Origin: an uncultured Bacteroidota bacterium | Lineage (GTDB): Bacteria; Bacteroidota; Bacteroidia; Flavobacteriales; Flavobacteriaceae | Length of the DNA: 64,000 nucleotides | Direction of reading: 5' to 3' | Assembly (NCBI GenBank): GCA_902561795.1 | Contig: CACERG010000003.1 | Coordinates: 13,693-77,692, forward strand | Shown here: positions 47,374-57,929 of the stretch, piece after piece | Position numbering within the stretch: the stretch's first letter is position 1 | How the letters are laid out: each line of letters starts with the position of its first letter | Translations under genes and position numbers: made by a program | The notes under the pieces: generated by a model | Told to the model about the DNA's origin: nothing | The model's input: the letters and a program-made list of their open reading frames with translations, nothing else | The model's database searches: none

Positions 47374-48294
47374 ATGAAACAATTTGACTGGAAAGGTGTA
47401 ATGCCGGCAATAACAACTCAATTTGATAAAAATGGAGTATTGGATTTAAAAGCTTTCAGAAATAATTTATCTAATCAAATAATAGCAGGAGTACATGGGA
47501 TAATCCTAGGTGGTACATTAGGAGAGGCAAGTACACTCAAAGATTTAGAGAAAAAAGAACTTCTAGCAACTACTTTGGATGAGGTAAACGGCAAAATTCC
47601 TGTTATAATGAATATTGCTGAACAAGCTACCTCTAAAGCGGTAGAATTAGCAAAAGAACTTGAGGCTGAGGGGGCAGATGGATTAATGCTGCTACCTCCT
47701 ATGCGCTACAAAGCAAATGATCAAGAAACACTAGCATATTTTTCATCAGTTGCATCATCAACAAGTCTACCTATAATGATATATAATAATCCTGTTGATT
47801 ACAAAATTGAAGTAACCTTAGATATGTTTGAGAAACTAAAAGAGCACAAAAATATATCCGCAGTAAAAGAGTCTACTAGAGATGTAACAAATATAACTAG
47901 GATGATTAACCGCTTCGGCGACCGTTTTAAAATCTTATGTGGTGTTGATACAATTGCAATGGAAACCTTACTTATGGGAGCAAGTGGTTGGGTTGCGGGA
48001 CTAGTGGATGCTTTTCCTGAAGAAACCGTTGCAATATATACCTATTGTAAGATAGGAGAACTAGATAAAGCACGATCAATTTTTAGATGGTTTTTACCTT
48101 TATTAGAGCTGGATATCTCTCCTCAGCTAGTTCAAAATATCAAATTGTGTGAAGTGGCTACTGGAATGGGAACAGGTCATGTAAGACCCCCTAGACTTCC
48201 TCTTCAAGGAGAAGAACTTGAAAGAGTGAATAAGATTATTAAAACAGGCATTGCAAAAAGACCTAAAGATTTAGATTACAAAAAGTACTTATGA
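47374..48294 (+). CDS. dihydrodipicolinate synthase family lyase, probable 1-pyrroline-4-hydroxy-2-carboxylate deaminase
   Basis: 306 aa. DHDPS/NAL fold motifs GGTLGE, YNNP and the Schiff-base lysine context AVKEST. First gene of the hydroxyproline operon. Confidence 0.7.
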   Translation: MKQFDWKGVMPAITTQFDKNGVLDLKAFRNNLSNQIIAGVHGIILGGTLGEASTLKDLEKKELLATTLDEVNGKIPVIMNIAEQATSKAVELAKELEAEGADGLMLLPPMRYKANDQETLAYFSSVASSTSLPIMIYNNPVDYKIEVTLDMFEKLKEHKNISAVKESTRDVTNITRMINRFGDRFKILCGVDTIAMETLLMGASGWVAGLVDAFPEETVAIYTYCKIGELDKARSIFRWFLPLLELDISPQLVQNIKLCEVATGMGTGHVRPPRLPLQGEELERVNKIIKTGIAKRPKDLDYKKYL

Positions 48295-49829
48295 TAAAAG
48301 TTGGGAACTTGGTTGGAGGTATTTGGCAAACAAATCCAAAAACTAAAACATTTCAAACGTTTAATCCAAAAACAAAAAAGTCTATTTCAAATGAATTCGA
48401 AGAGGCCTCTGAAGAACAAATTGATCAAGCAGTTGAAAAAGCCAGTTCAGTTTTTGAATTTTTTTCTGAAACCTCTTTTTCTGAGAGAATAAAGTTTTTA
48501 AAAGCAATTCAAAAAGAACTCAACCTTAAAAAAGATGAAATTTTAAATATTTATCAGCTTGAATCAGCCCTCCCTAGTGCTCGTGCTGAGGGAGAATTTC
48601 AAAGGACTTTAGGACAAATTCAAGAATTTATCGAGCTTTTGGCTTTAGGATCTTTTATTAATCCTATAATTAATACAAATGGACCAGATTTAAGAAAAAT
48701 GCTTTTCCCCATTGGACCCATTGCTGTATTTGGGGCAAGTAATTTCCCACTTGCTTTCTCAACTGCTGGAGGAGATACGATTTCAGCATTTGCAGCTGGA
48801 TGTCCAGTTATAGTGAAAGCCCACCCTTATCATGCAGGCACAAGTGCTCTTGTCGCTGAAGCTATCTTAAATGCAATTGAATATTGCAGCTTACCATTAG
48901 AAATATTTTCCCACTTAGGTGGAATGTCACATAATGTTGGTTGCGAACTTGTAAATCATTCAGCATTAAAAGGAGTAGGATTTACTGGAAGTTTTATTGG
49001 TGGAAAAGCATTATATGATCTAGCCCAAAAAAGGGAAGAGCCTATACCTGTTTTTGCTGAGATGGGAAGTATAAATCCAATTTTTATTACAGAAAAAAGA
49101 TTAGAGAATGACAAAAATCTTTCAGAAACGTTGGTACAATCAATTGTTTTAGGTACAGGTCAGTTTTGTACTAATCCTGGAGTAATAATTTTTTGCGATT
49201 CTAAAGACAAAAGTGATATTGTTACACAGGTGGATCAAAAATTAAAACAAATTGCATTACCTCCGATGGTTCATCTAAATATTGAGAGTAATTATCTAAA
49301 AAAAATTGAAGGACTAAATAATATAAAGGGCTTAAAGATTTATAAGCAGTCAGAAAATATTGCTGCTTTAGGATTAATTTCAGCTTCAATATTGTTAGAA
49401 AACAAAGAACTATTAGACGAGGTTTTTGGGCCTTTTAGTCTATTTGTAAAATGTAATTCTTTAGAGCAAATGAATGAATTGATTAAAATTATCCCTGGTC
49501 AATTGACGGGGACTCTTTTATCAGATAAAAATGACCAAGTTGGTTTAAAAAAATTAGTAAACCAGATTAAAAATAAAGTAGGAAGATTACTTTTTGAAGG
49601 TGTTCCTACAGGTGTTGCTGTTACAAAAGCAATGCAACATGGAGGTCCTTATCCAGCTTCAACAGACGGACGTTTTACTTCAGTAGGGACTGATTCCATA
49701 TACCGTTGGCTAAGACCAATTGTTTTCCAAGATTGTCCTAATGTCTTACTTCCACCACCTTTAAAAGATGAAAACCCTCTAGCTTTAGAAAGGTCAGTTA
49801 ATGGGCAAATGACTAAAAAGGCAATATGA
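48291..49829 (+). CDS. aldehyde dehydrogenase, probable alpha-ketoglutarate semialdehyde dehydrogenase
   Basis: 512 aa. Catalytic-Glu context FAEMGSINP and catalytic-Cys context GTGQFCTNPG. It overlaps the upstream gene by 4 nt. Confidence 0.75.
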   Translation: MIKVGNLVGGIWQTNPKTKTFQTFNPKTKKSISNEFEEASEEQIDQAVEKASSVFEFFSETSFSERIKFLKAIQKELNLKKDEILNIYQLESALPSARAEGEFQRTLGQIQEFIELLALGSFINPIINTNGPDLRKMLFPIGPIAVFGASNFPLAFSTAGGDTISAFAAGCPVIVKAHPYHAGTSALVAEAILNAIEYCSLPLEIFSHLGGMSHNVGCELVNHSALKGVGFTGSFIGGKALYDLAQKREEPIPVFAEMGSINPIFITEKRLENDKNLSETLVQSIVLGTGQFCTNPGVIIFCDSKDKSDIVTQVDQKLKQIALPPMVHLNIESNYLKKIEGLNNIKGLKIYKQSENIAALGLISASILLENKELLDEVFGPFSLFVKCNSLEQMNELIKIIPGQLTGTLLSDKNDQVGLKKLVNQIKNKVGRLLFEGVPTGVAVTKAMQHGGPYPASTDGRFTSVGTDSIYRWLRPIVFQDCPNVLLPPPLKDENPLALERSVNGQMTKKAI

Positions 49830-50836
49830 ATTCCAAAGAAAAATTAATTTTTGATTGTATAGACGCCCATACGCAAGGCAATCCGGTACGTCTTGTTAAA
49901 GGGCCTAAACCAGAGCTAAAGGGCTCATCTATGGGAGAGAAAAGAATACATTTTATAAATGAATTCGATTGGATTCGAACTGGATTAATGTTTGAGCCTC
50001 ACGGTCACGACATGATGAGCGGTTCATTTTTTTATGAGCCAGATAATAAAAAAAATGATCTGGCAATTTTATTCATAGAAACAAGTGGATGTTTACCTAT
50101 GTGTGGTCACGGACTTATTGGTACATTAACAATTTTGTTAGAAGAAAATTTGATCTCTCCAAAACAAAAAGGAATATTAAATGTAGAGACTCCAGCTGGA
50201 CTTGTAAGATGTAGTTACAAACAAGAGGGTACAAAGATTAGTGAAATAAAATTTCATAATGTGCCTGCATTTTTAGCTGCTTCAGATTTGGAAATAGTCT
50301 GCTCGGATTTGGGAATTCTAAAAATTGATGTATCCTATGGAGGAAATTTTTATGCTATAATTGATATTCAAGATAATTTTAAAGGTATTTCAAAATATAC
50401 TGCATCAGATCTAATCAAATGGAGCAGGGAAATAAGAGAAAAATTAAACAGAGATCACAATTTTATTCATCCACTTGATAAAAAGATAAATGGATGTAGT
50501 CATGTTCTTTGGGCTGGAAAGCCTTCAAAAAATTTCTCAACAGCCAGAAATGCTGTGTTTTATGGAGATAAAGCTATCGATCGTTCACCTTGTGGAACTG
50601 GAACATGTGCACGGATGGCACAATGGTATACAAAGGGAAAATTAAAAAAAGGTGAGAAGTTTGTTCACGAAAGTATTATAGGATCCATTTTTGTTGGAAG
50701 AATTGAAAATGAGATAAATATTGGGAAATTTCAAGGTATTATTCCTAGTATTCAGGGGAGTGCTCGAATTACAGGATACAATAAACTAATTTTAGATCCA
50801 GAAGATCCTTATGTTAAAGGATTTCAAGTAGTCTGA
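49826..50836 (+). CDS. 4-hydroxyproline 2-epimerase (proline racemase family)
   Basis: 336 aa. Both catalytic cysteines are present (LPMCGHG and DRSPCGTGT). It overlaps the upstream gene by 4 nt. Confidence 0.8.
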   Translation: MNSKEKLIFDCIDAHTQGNPVRLVKGPKPELKGSSMGEKRIHFINEFDWIRTGLMFEPHGHDMMSGSFFYEPDNKKNDLAILFIETSGCLPMCGHGLIGTLTILLEENLISPKQKGILNVETPAGLVRCSYKQEGTKISEIKFHNVPAFLAASDLEIVCSDLGILKIDVSYGGNFYAIIDIQDNFKGISKYTASDLIKWSREIREKLNRDHNFIHPLDKKINGCSHVLWAGKPSKNFSTARNAVFYGDKAIDRSPCGTGTCARMAQWYTKGKLKKGEKFVHESIIGSIFVGRIENEINIGKFQGIIPSIQGSARITGYNKLILDPEDPYVKGFQVV

Positions 50837-50837
50837 T

Positions 50838-52085
50838 ATGGTCAAAAAAAAAGTTATTGTATTAGGAGGTGGCATAGTTGGTTTATCAACTGCTTATTAT
50901 TTAATCCAGGAAGGACATGAAGTAACAATCATTGATAAGGGTAGATTAGACTCTGGAGCTTCACATGTAAACGCAGGTTATTTAACACCTAGCCACATAG
51001 TTCCGATGGCTGCACCAGGAATGATTTCAAAAGGAATGAAATGGATGTTTAATGCTAAAAGCCCTTTTTACATAAAACCACGTTTTGATTTAGATCTGAT
51101 TAGATGGGGTTTAAAATTTATAAAATCTTGTACAAATCAGCATGTCCAAAGGTCAATGAAATCGATTCTTGATATAAATCTTTTGAGTAAAAAGTTGTAC
51201 TTAGAAATGCTAAAATCAGAATTATTCGACTTTCACCTCGAAACTAAAGGTCTGCTAATGGCCTATAAAACTTCTCACGCCGAAAGAGAGGAATCACAGG
51301 TCTCAAAATGGGCAAAAGATTTGGGGATTAAAGTAGAGCAATTTTCAAAAGAACAAGTTTTAAAAACACAACCTGACATTGCTATGGATATAGCCGGAGC
51401 CTTTTGGTATAAGAGTGATGCACACACTACTCCAGAGCTATTCATTAATAATTTAAAAGATTATTTGATTAAAAAGGGTGTTGGATTTAAATTAGAGAAT
51501 ACAGTAAAATATTTCCAAAAAAACAACAAACAAATTCAGAAAGTAGTAACAGATAAAGGAATTTTTGAAGCAGATGAATTTGTTTTGTCAACTGGAGCTT
51601 GGTCACAACAAATTCTAAAAGACTTGGGCATCAAATTATTTATACAACCAGGAAAAGGTTACAGGTTAAATGTTTACAAACCTACAGGGATAACATTGCC
51701 AGCAATTCTTTTAGAGTCTAAAGTAGCTGTAACACCCATGGACGGTTTCACGCGTTTTGGTGGGACAATGGAGATATCAGGAATAAATCATAGAACCAAT
51801 ATTAGGCGTGTTCAAGCCATTGCAGATTCAGTAACTAAATATTATCCAACTTTAGAAATACCAAAAACTTCTATTAATAATGTTCAAAGCGGTCTTAGAC
51901 CACTTTCACCTGACGGTCTTCCTTTTATTGGCAGGCATTCAAAAATTAAAAATATGGTTTTAGCTACGGGTCATTCTATGATGGGATGGAGCTTGGGACC
52001 AGCAACAGGGCGACTGGTTACTGAAGTTATCTCAGGTAGAAAAACATCAATGGATTTAATGCCTTTCTTACCTGAAAGGATCTAA
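50838..52085 (+). CDS. FAD-dependent D-amino acid (D-hydroxyproline) dehydrogenase/oxidase
   Basis: 415 aa. Motif VIVLGGGIVGLSTAYYL, DadA/DAO-like, with C-terminal GHSMMGW. It starts 2 nt after the epimerase stop. Confidence 0.75.
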   Translation: MVKKKVIVLGGGIVGLSTAYYLIQEGHEVTIIDKGRLDSGASHVNAGYLTPSHIVPMAAPGMISKGMKWMFNAKSPFYIKPRFDLDLIRWGLKFIKSCTNQHVQRSMKSILDINLLSKKLYLEMLKSELFDFHLETKGLLMAYKTSHAEREESQVSKWAKDLGIKVEQFSKEQVLKTQPDIAMDIAGAFWYKSDAHTTPELFINNLKDYLIKKGVGFKLENTVKYFQKNNKQIQKVVTDKGIFEADEFVLSTGAWSQQILKDLGIKLFIQPGKGYRLNVYKPTGITLPAILLESKVAVTPMDGFTRFGGTMEISGINHRTNIRRVQAIADSVTKYYPTLEIPKTSINNVQSGLRPLSPDGLPFIGRHSKIKNMVLATGHSMMGWSLGPATGRLVTEVISGRKTSMDLMPFLPERI

Positions 52086-52092
52086 TTAATTT

Positions 52093-53064
52093 TTAAATTA
52101 ATTTTACAGCTTCTTCAGCAAAATATGATGCAATCATTGAAGCTCCAGCACGTTTAAAACTTAAAAGTTGTTCCATCATTATTTGATCATGGTCTAACCA
52201 ACCCCTTTCAGCTGCGGCTTTGAGCATTGCATATTCCCCACTTACTTGGTATGCTGCAAGGGGAGCAGAGATATTTTCCTTTAGATCTCTAATGATATCT
52301 AGATAGGCTATACCTGGTTTTATCATAATAATATCAGCTCCTTCATCAATATCCCTTTGAGCCTCAACGATTGCCTCTTTTCTGTTTCCAAAGTCCATTT
52401 GATAAGTTTTCTTATCACCAAATCCTGGTGCAGAATCTAAGGCATCCCTAAATGGACCGTAAAAACTGGAAGAATATTTAGCACTATAGCTCATAATTAC
52501 TGTATCCTGATAGTTTTCTGATTCCAAGAGTTGCCTTATTTTTAAAATTCTCCCATCCATCATATCGCTTGGGGCAACAACATCAGCACCTGCTTCTGCA
52601 TGTGATAATGCCATTTTTGATAAAACAGCAATAGTTTTATCATTAATAATTCTTCCCTTCTCGACAATTCCATCATGACCATATGAGGAATATGGATCGA
52701 GTGCAACATCAGTCATTACCACCATATCTGGGACAGCATCTTTCACCTTTTTTATAGCGCTGTGCATCAAACCTCCAGAATTTAATGCTTCTAAACCTTT
52801 GTTGTCTTTTAATTTCTCTGAAATTTTAACAAAAATCAAAACTGATTTTAATCCCAGACTCCATAGATTTTTTACATATTCTGGAATTAAATCGAGTGTT
52901 ATTCTAAAGTAACCAGGCATTGAAGGGATTATTTCCCTTTTTTGTTTTCCTTCAATAATAAATAATGGAACAATAAAATCATCAGCACTTAATTTGTGTT
53001 CTTGTACTAGTGCTCTAAGACTTGGACTACTTCTTAATCTTCTATTTCTTTGAATTGGATACAT
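52093..53064 (-). CDS. hemB: porphobilinogen synthase (delta-aminolevulinate dehydratase)
   Basis: 323 aa. N-terminal RNRRLR and the Schiff-base lysine contexts IMIKPG and SAKY. The metal site is the Asp-rich type (DVALDPYSSYGHDG). Confidence 0.9.
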   Translation of the reverse strand: MYPIQRNRRLRSSPSLRALVQEHKLSADDFIVPLFIIEGKQKREIIPSMPGYFRITLDLIPEYVKNLWSLGLKSVLIFVKISEKLKDNKGLEALNSGGLMHSAIKKVKDAVPDMVVMTDVALDPYSSYGHDGIVEKGRIINDKTIAVLSKMALSHAEAGADVVAPSDMMDGRILKIRQLLESENYQDTVIMSYSAKYSSSFYGPFRDALDSAPGFGDKKTYQMDFGNRKEAIVEAQRDIDEGADIIMIKPGIAYLDIIRDLKENISAPLAAYQVSGEYAMLKAAAERGWLDHDQIMMEQLLSFKRAGASMIASYFAEEAVKLI

Positions 53065-53069
53065 ATTTT

Positions 53070-54365
53070 TTATTGGTTTTCATTATCGTCTTGTTTTGAA
53101 TAGTTTGGGTCCAGATCAATTTCTATTGGAACAGATTCGTCTTCGTTGAATATATGTTCTCCAACAGCTTGGGTTTTTTTAATTGTCCCTAAAAGCATCA
53201 CTATCATCGAAGTTAGAATAACGACAAGCAATACACGCTCATCAATAATACTTTGATCTAAATTGATGAAATTTATATCCTTTAGCTGAATAAATAGTAG
53301 AATACTAATTAGACCCCTTGGTGACATATAGGCAAGTGGACTGGGTTTTAGCTTTAAATTTGTTGTAGCAAAATATAAATAGCGAATAAAAATCATTACT
53401 ATAATAATTAAAAGACCGTAAAATAGTGGGGTAACACTTAAAAAGTCAATTATTTTGATAGAAAATCCAAAAAACACAAAGAAAAATGTCCGGACTATAA
53501 AAGTTGATTCAGCCGTAAGGGTATGAAATTCACTTAGATCTCTTTCGGAGGCATCTAGATCAAGATTTCTTTTTAAGAATTTAGGCAGTAAACTTTTAAC
53601 ATTACTTAAAAATATTCCAAACATAAATATAGTTACAAGTGCTGGAAGATGAAATAATTTACCAAAAGCATAAACTAAAATTAGTAGTGCCAGAATTAAA
53701 AAGAATTTTACTTTACTATTTATTTGGCGCATTAATTGAAATAATATGTATGTTATAACAATAGAAATGAATATAACTCCAACAATTTGAAGCCCAAGTG
53801 CAATCAAAGATTCAGCTCCTATTAGTGCTTTATCTGATTCGAGCTGGCGAAGAGCATAATTAAAAATCATAATTCCTAAAATATCTGAAAAAGTAGATTC
53901 GTATACTACAAATTCACGTTCTACTTGCAGTAGACTAGATGCTGAAGGTATGGCAACGGCACTGCTTATAATTGCAAAGGGTATAGAAAATAAAATAGCA
54001 CTTGCTGGTTCCATTTGAAGCACTAATTCGAATATTAGATTTAAGGCAAATATATTTGCTATCAGAATAATAAAGGCTGCAAAAAAACCCTTAAGAATTA
54101 GTGGTAATTTCTCAACAGTTATTTCTAATTCAATAGCTCCTTCCAGAACTATCAATATTAATCCTAAAGTACCTAAGACTGGAATCAGATTTTCTAAAAA
54201 AGAAAAATTTTCATAATCTGTGAATGATACAAGAATTCTAATGATAATTCCAGTTGCCATAAGTAAAATGACAGATGGAAATTTAGTTTTCTTAGCAAAT
54301 GCATCAAATAAATAAGAGAATATTATTAGTAGTGGTAGAACAAATAAAATTGTAAGTGTGCTCAT
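53070..54365 (-). CDS. cation:proton antiporter (Na+/H+ exchanger family)
   Basis: 431 aa with about 11-12 TM helices and an acidic C-terminal tail. It sits inside the hem cluster. Confidence 0.7.
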   Translation of the reverse strand: MSTLTILFVLPLLIIFSYLFDAFAKKTKFPSVILLMATGIIIRILVSFTDYENFSFLENLIPVLGTLGLILIVLEGAIELEITVEKLPLILKGFFAAFIILIANIFALNLIFELVLQMEPASAILFSIPFAIISSAVAIPSASSLLQVEREFVVYESTFSDILGIMIFNYALRQLESDKALIGAESLIALGLQIVGVIFISIVITYILFQLMRQINSKVKFFLILALLILVYAFGKLFHLPALVTIFMFGIFLSNVKSLLPKFLKRNLDLDASERDLSEFHTLTAESTFIVRTFFFVFFGFSIKIIDFLSVTPLFYGLLIIIVMIFIRYLYFATTNLKLKPSPLAYMSPRGLISILLFIQLKDINFINLDQSIIDERVLLVVILTSMIVMLLGTIKKTQAVGEHIFNEDESVPIEIDLDPNYSKQDDNENQ

Positions 54366-54425
54366 TTAAAACTTAGATAATAAATTAAAATACAAAAAAT
54401 GTATTTATTGTTTTTTTGTGATTTC

Positions 54426-55328
54426 TCAAACCCAATTTTTTGGTTTTTTAAGTACATCTAAAAGTTTTTTTTCTTCACTTCCTTCTTTAGGTTTATGGTT
54501 GTATTGCCATTGTACTTTTGGAGGTAGACTCATTAAAATACTTTCAATACGACCATTTGTTTTTAAACCAAAAAGTGTTCCTTTATCGTGTATAAGATTA
54601 AATTCAACATAGCGACCTCTTCTTATCTCCTGCCAATTTTTTTGAGCTTGGGTAAAACGATGTTTCATTCTTTTTTTTAAAATTGGCATGTAAGCATCTA
54701 AAAAAGATTTTCCAACTGCTGTTACAAAATCAAAACGATCTTCTAAACTAAAGTCTTTATCTTTTTTTAGATAGTCAAAAAAAAGACCTCCAACACCACG
54801 AGCTTCATTACGATGATGATTAAAAAAATAATTATCACACATCGTTTTAAATTCTGAGTAATAGTCAGCATGAAAATGATCACAAACATTTTTGCAGCTT
54901 TGGTGAAAATGTTTCACATCTTCTTCAAAAATGTAATAGGGTGTTAAGTCTTGTCCTCCACCAAACCACTGATCGATTATATTTCCTTTTTTATCATACA
55001 TTTCAAAATATCTCCAATTACCGTGAACAGTGGGTATCATAGGGTTAAAAGGATGTATCACTAAACTTAATCCACAAGCAAAAAAATCAACTTTATTAAC
55101 ATTAAAATACTTTTGCATACTCTCAGGTAGAGGACCGTCAACTGCTGAAATGTTAACTCCTCCCTTTTCAATTACATTTCCATTTTCGATTATTCTACTC
55201 CTACCACCTCCACCTTCGGATCTTTCCCATAGATCTTCATTGAACTTTGCTTTACCATCAATAGACTCAAGCTCTTTTGTGATTTTATCTTGTAAGCCCC
55301 TAATAAAATTGTAAAACCGATCTTTCAT
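54426..55328 (-). CDS. hemF: oxygen-dependent coproporphyrinogen III oxidase
   Basis: 300 aa. Motifs WERSEGGGGRSR, GGVNIS, HPFNPMIPTVHGNWRYFE and RRGRYVEFNL. Confidence 0.9.
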   Translation of the reverse strand: MKDRFYNFIRGLQDKITKELESIDGKAKFNEDLWERSEGGGGRSRIIENGNVIEKGGVNISAVDGPLPESMQKYFNVNKVDFFACGLSLVIHPFNPMIPTVHGNWRYFEMYDKKGNIIDQWFGGGQDLTPYYIFEEDVKHFHQSCKNVCDHFHADYYSEFKTMCDNYFFNHHRNEARGVGGLFFDYLKKDKDFSLEDRFDFVTAVGKSFLDAYMPILKKRMKHRFTQAQKNWQEIRRGRYVEFNLIHDKGTLFGLKTNGRIESILMSLPPKVQWQYNHKPKEGSEEKKLLDVLKKPKNWV

Positions 55329-55334
55329 TCTATT

Positions 55335-56357
55335 TTAATAATAAGATTTTACAGCATCAACAAAAGCTTTAGCATGATCCACTGGTATATTTGGAAGTAT
55401 TCCATGTCCTAGATTAACTATGTAGCGGTCTTTACCAAATTCATTTATCATTTTATAAACTGCCTCTGTAATTTCTGGGATAGGAGACAGTAGTCTTGAA
55501 GGATCAAAGTTTCCTTGTAAAGTGACTTGTCCACCCGAAAGATATCGAGCATTCCTTGCCGAACAAGTCCAGTCTACTCCAACTGCAGAAGCACCTGATT
55601 TTCCCATATCGTGTAATGCAAACCAACATCCTTTACCAAAAATTATGACTGGAATTTTATTCTTAATCTCATCAATTATTTGTTGAATGTAAGGCCATGA
55701 AAAAATATTATAATCTTCTGGAGAGAGAATACCTCCCCAGGAATCGAAAATCTGAATTGCGTTTACCCCAGAATTTATTTTTTGTTTGAGATATAAAATG
55801 GTAGTAGTTGTTATTTTCTGGAGTAAATCATGTGCAAGTTTAGGCTTACTAAAACAAAATGCTTTTGCTTTATCAAAGGTTTTTGAACCTTGACCTTGAA
55901 CGGCATAACATAGTAAGGTCCAAGGCGAACCTGCAAATCCAATTAATGGGACTCTTTGATTTAATTCTTTTTGTGTAAGTCTGATTGCATCCATTACATA
56001 ACCAAGATGCTCCTCGATATCCGGGATTATTAATTTATCCAAATCTATTTTTGATCTTACTGGATTTGCTATCCACGGACCTACATTATCTTTCATTTCG
56101 ACTTTCAATTGCATTGCTTGCAGCACTACTAAAATGTCACTAAATAAAATAGCAGCGTCTGGACCAATTTGATCGATTGGCATAAGTGTAATTTTGGTAG
56201 CTAATTCAGGTGTCTGGCAGCGGGTAAAAAAGTCATACTTCTTCTTAAGAGCCATGAAATCTGGAAGATAACGTCCAGCTTGTCGCATCATCCAAACAGG
56301 AGGGCGAGTAACTGTTTCACCATTAAGTGCTTTAAGGAAAAGGTTATTTTTTAACAT
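55335..56357 (-). CDS. hemE: uroporphyrinogen decarboxylase
   Basis: 340 aa. Motifs [23 protein letters not shown] and QIFDSWGG. Confidence 0.9.
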   Translation of the reverse strand: MLKNNLFLKALNGETVTRPPVWMMRQAGRYLPDFMALKKKYDFFTRCQTPELATKITLMPIDQIGPDAAILFSDILVVLQAMQLKVEMKDNVGPWIANPVRSKIDLDKLIIPDIEEHLGYVMDAIRLTQKELNQRVPLIGFAGSPWTLLCYAVQGQGSKTFDKAKAFCFSKPKLAHDLLQKITTTTILYLKQKINSGVNAIQIFDSWGGILSPEDYNIFSWPYIQQIIDEIKNKIPVIIFGKGCWFALHDMGKSGASAVGVDWTCSARNARYLSGGQVTLQGNFDPSRLLSPIPEITEAVYKMINEFGKDRYIVNLGHGILPNIPVDHAKAFVDAVKSYY

Positions 56358-57021
56358 AGTAATTAGAGAAATAATTAATTATTGTCAGTGACAATTGATC
56401 TTCGTTTGGATGTTTTGCTTCACTATATTTAGTAGTAAATTTTTTTAAAGTTTCTGCGGTGCTTTTCCCAATACAAAAGCCATGACAATCTTTTGGCCAT
56501 TTATTGTTTTCAAAAAAACTTAAAACTGCTGAAGGACTGAAAAAAATTATTCCATCAAAAGGTCCCTTAATTTTTTTATTTATAAATAATGTATCGTAAA
56601 GCTCATGAATTTCGACATTCATGTTTTTTATTTTAAATAATGACTCAATTTCAGATCTCCTTTTTTTGCCACAAAAAAAAGAAAATGAATTTTTATTATA
56701 TTTTTCAACTAAAAAATGGGCCAAGTCATTTGCATTTTCTCTCATTTCGATTACTTTAAAACCAAATTTTTCTAAAAGTTTTCTTGTTTTTTCACCAACA
56801 CAAAATGATTTTTTACCAATAATCTTATTTTTTAAAGCATTGTTTTTATTGGCTAGTATAACAGCATTTTGACTTGTAAAAATAAGCATCGACTGAATTT
56901 TTTGATTGGTTAAATGCAATGGTTGTATCTTAATAAGTGGGTATTCTACTATTGAAGTTCCAATCTTTGTTAAATGATCCTTAATTCTAGGACTCAATGT
57001 TTTTGTAGAGAGTAGTCTCAT
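56344..57021 (-). CDS. hemD: uroporphyrinogen-III synthase
   Basis: 225 aa, HemD-sized, located between hemC and hemE. It overlaps both neighbours. Confidence 0.7.
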   Translation of the reverse strand: MRLLSTKTLSPRIKDHLTKIGTSIVEYPLIKIQPLHLTNQKIQSMLIFTSQNAVILANKNNALKNKIIGKKSFCVGEKTRKLLEKFGFKVIEMRENANDLAHFLVEKYNKNSFSFFCGKKRRSEIESLFKIKNMNVEIHELYDTLFINKKIKGPFDGIIFFSPSAVLSFFENNKWPKDCHGFCIGKSTAETLKKFTTKYSEAKHPNEDQLSLTIINYFSNYYVKK

Positions 57022-57929
57022 TTCATTTGACTTTTTATTTTTTCCATCAATTTTGAGCCTCCTTTTTTTAAGACCTGAAAGGCCGATTTTTCTCCTAAGC
57101 CCATAGCTTTATCCAAAGGAATTTCAACTTCATGAAAGATAGCTTCTTTACCCTCAGTAGAGAAAATAGCAGTTTTAAAATGTATTTTTTTGTTTTTAAT
57201 ATACGCATAAGCTCCAACTGGAGCTGAACAACCTGCCTGAATGGTTTTGAGAAAACTTCTTTCAATCTCAGCACACAGCATTGTCTCTTTACAATTTAGT
57301 TTTTTAATGATACCAGTAATTTTTTCATTTTTTTTCATACTCGCTATCCCAATAATCCCTTGCCCTGGCGCTGGAATCATCCATTCTAAAACGGAGTAAC
57401 TATTTTCATTTAGTAGGTCTAAACGTTCAAGTCCAACTTTTGCAAAAATAGCACCGCCCCATTTGGATTTATTCAATTTATTTAACCTTGTTTGGATATT
57501 TCCTCTCAAATTCTCCGTTTTGTGTTTTGGAAACTTTCTCATCCATTGAGCTCTTCTTCTTAAACTTCCAGTACCTATAATATCACATACATCCCAATCA
57601 ATAAAATTGGGATTATATACCACTATATCATACGGATTATCTCTTTTCAAATAAGCAGAAATTTCAATCTCTTTTGGAAGTATTGTAGGTACGTCTTTTA
57701 AGCTATGAATAGCAATATCTATTTTGTTGTTTATAAGAGCGATATCTAAGGATTTTGTAAAAACACCTCTGATACCCATAGAATATATAGGTTGCACTAA
57801 ATTCTTATCACCTAAACTTTCAATAGCAACTAATTTTGAAGCATAACCAATTTTTTTTAAATGATCTTTAACTTGATTTGCCTGCCATAGGGCCAATTCA
57901 CTTTTGCGAGTTCCAATTTGGATCATCAA
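57018..57929 (-). CDS. hemC: hydroxymethylbilane synthase (porphobilinogen deaminase)
   Basis: 303 aa. Motifs IGTRKSELALWQA, HSLKDVP, RGNIQTRL, and the cofactor-cysteine context GCSAPVG. Confidence 0.9.
   Translation of the reverse strand: MMIQIGTRKSELALWQANQVKDHLKKIGYASKLVAIESLGDKNLVQPIYSMGIRGVFTKSLDIALINNKIDIAIHSLKDVPTILPKEIEISAYLKRDNPYDIVVYNPNFIDWDVCDIIGTGSLRRRAQWMRKFPKHKTENLRGNIQTRLNKLNKSKWGGAIFAKVGLERLDLLNENSYSVLEWMIPAPGQGIIGIASMKKNEKITGIIKKLNCKETMLCAEIERSFLKTIQAGCSAPVGAYAYIKNKKIHFKTAIFSTEGKEAIFHEVEIPLDKAMGLGEKSAFQVLKKGGSKLMEKIKSQMK

Noticed and set aside
54418-54612. ORFs 54418-54612 (+), 59267-59488 (-) and 62777-62998 (-).
   Set aside because: They are antisense to, or overlap, hemF, the AraC gene and the BNR-repeat gene respectively. 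The competing genes have strong motif support.
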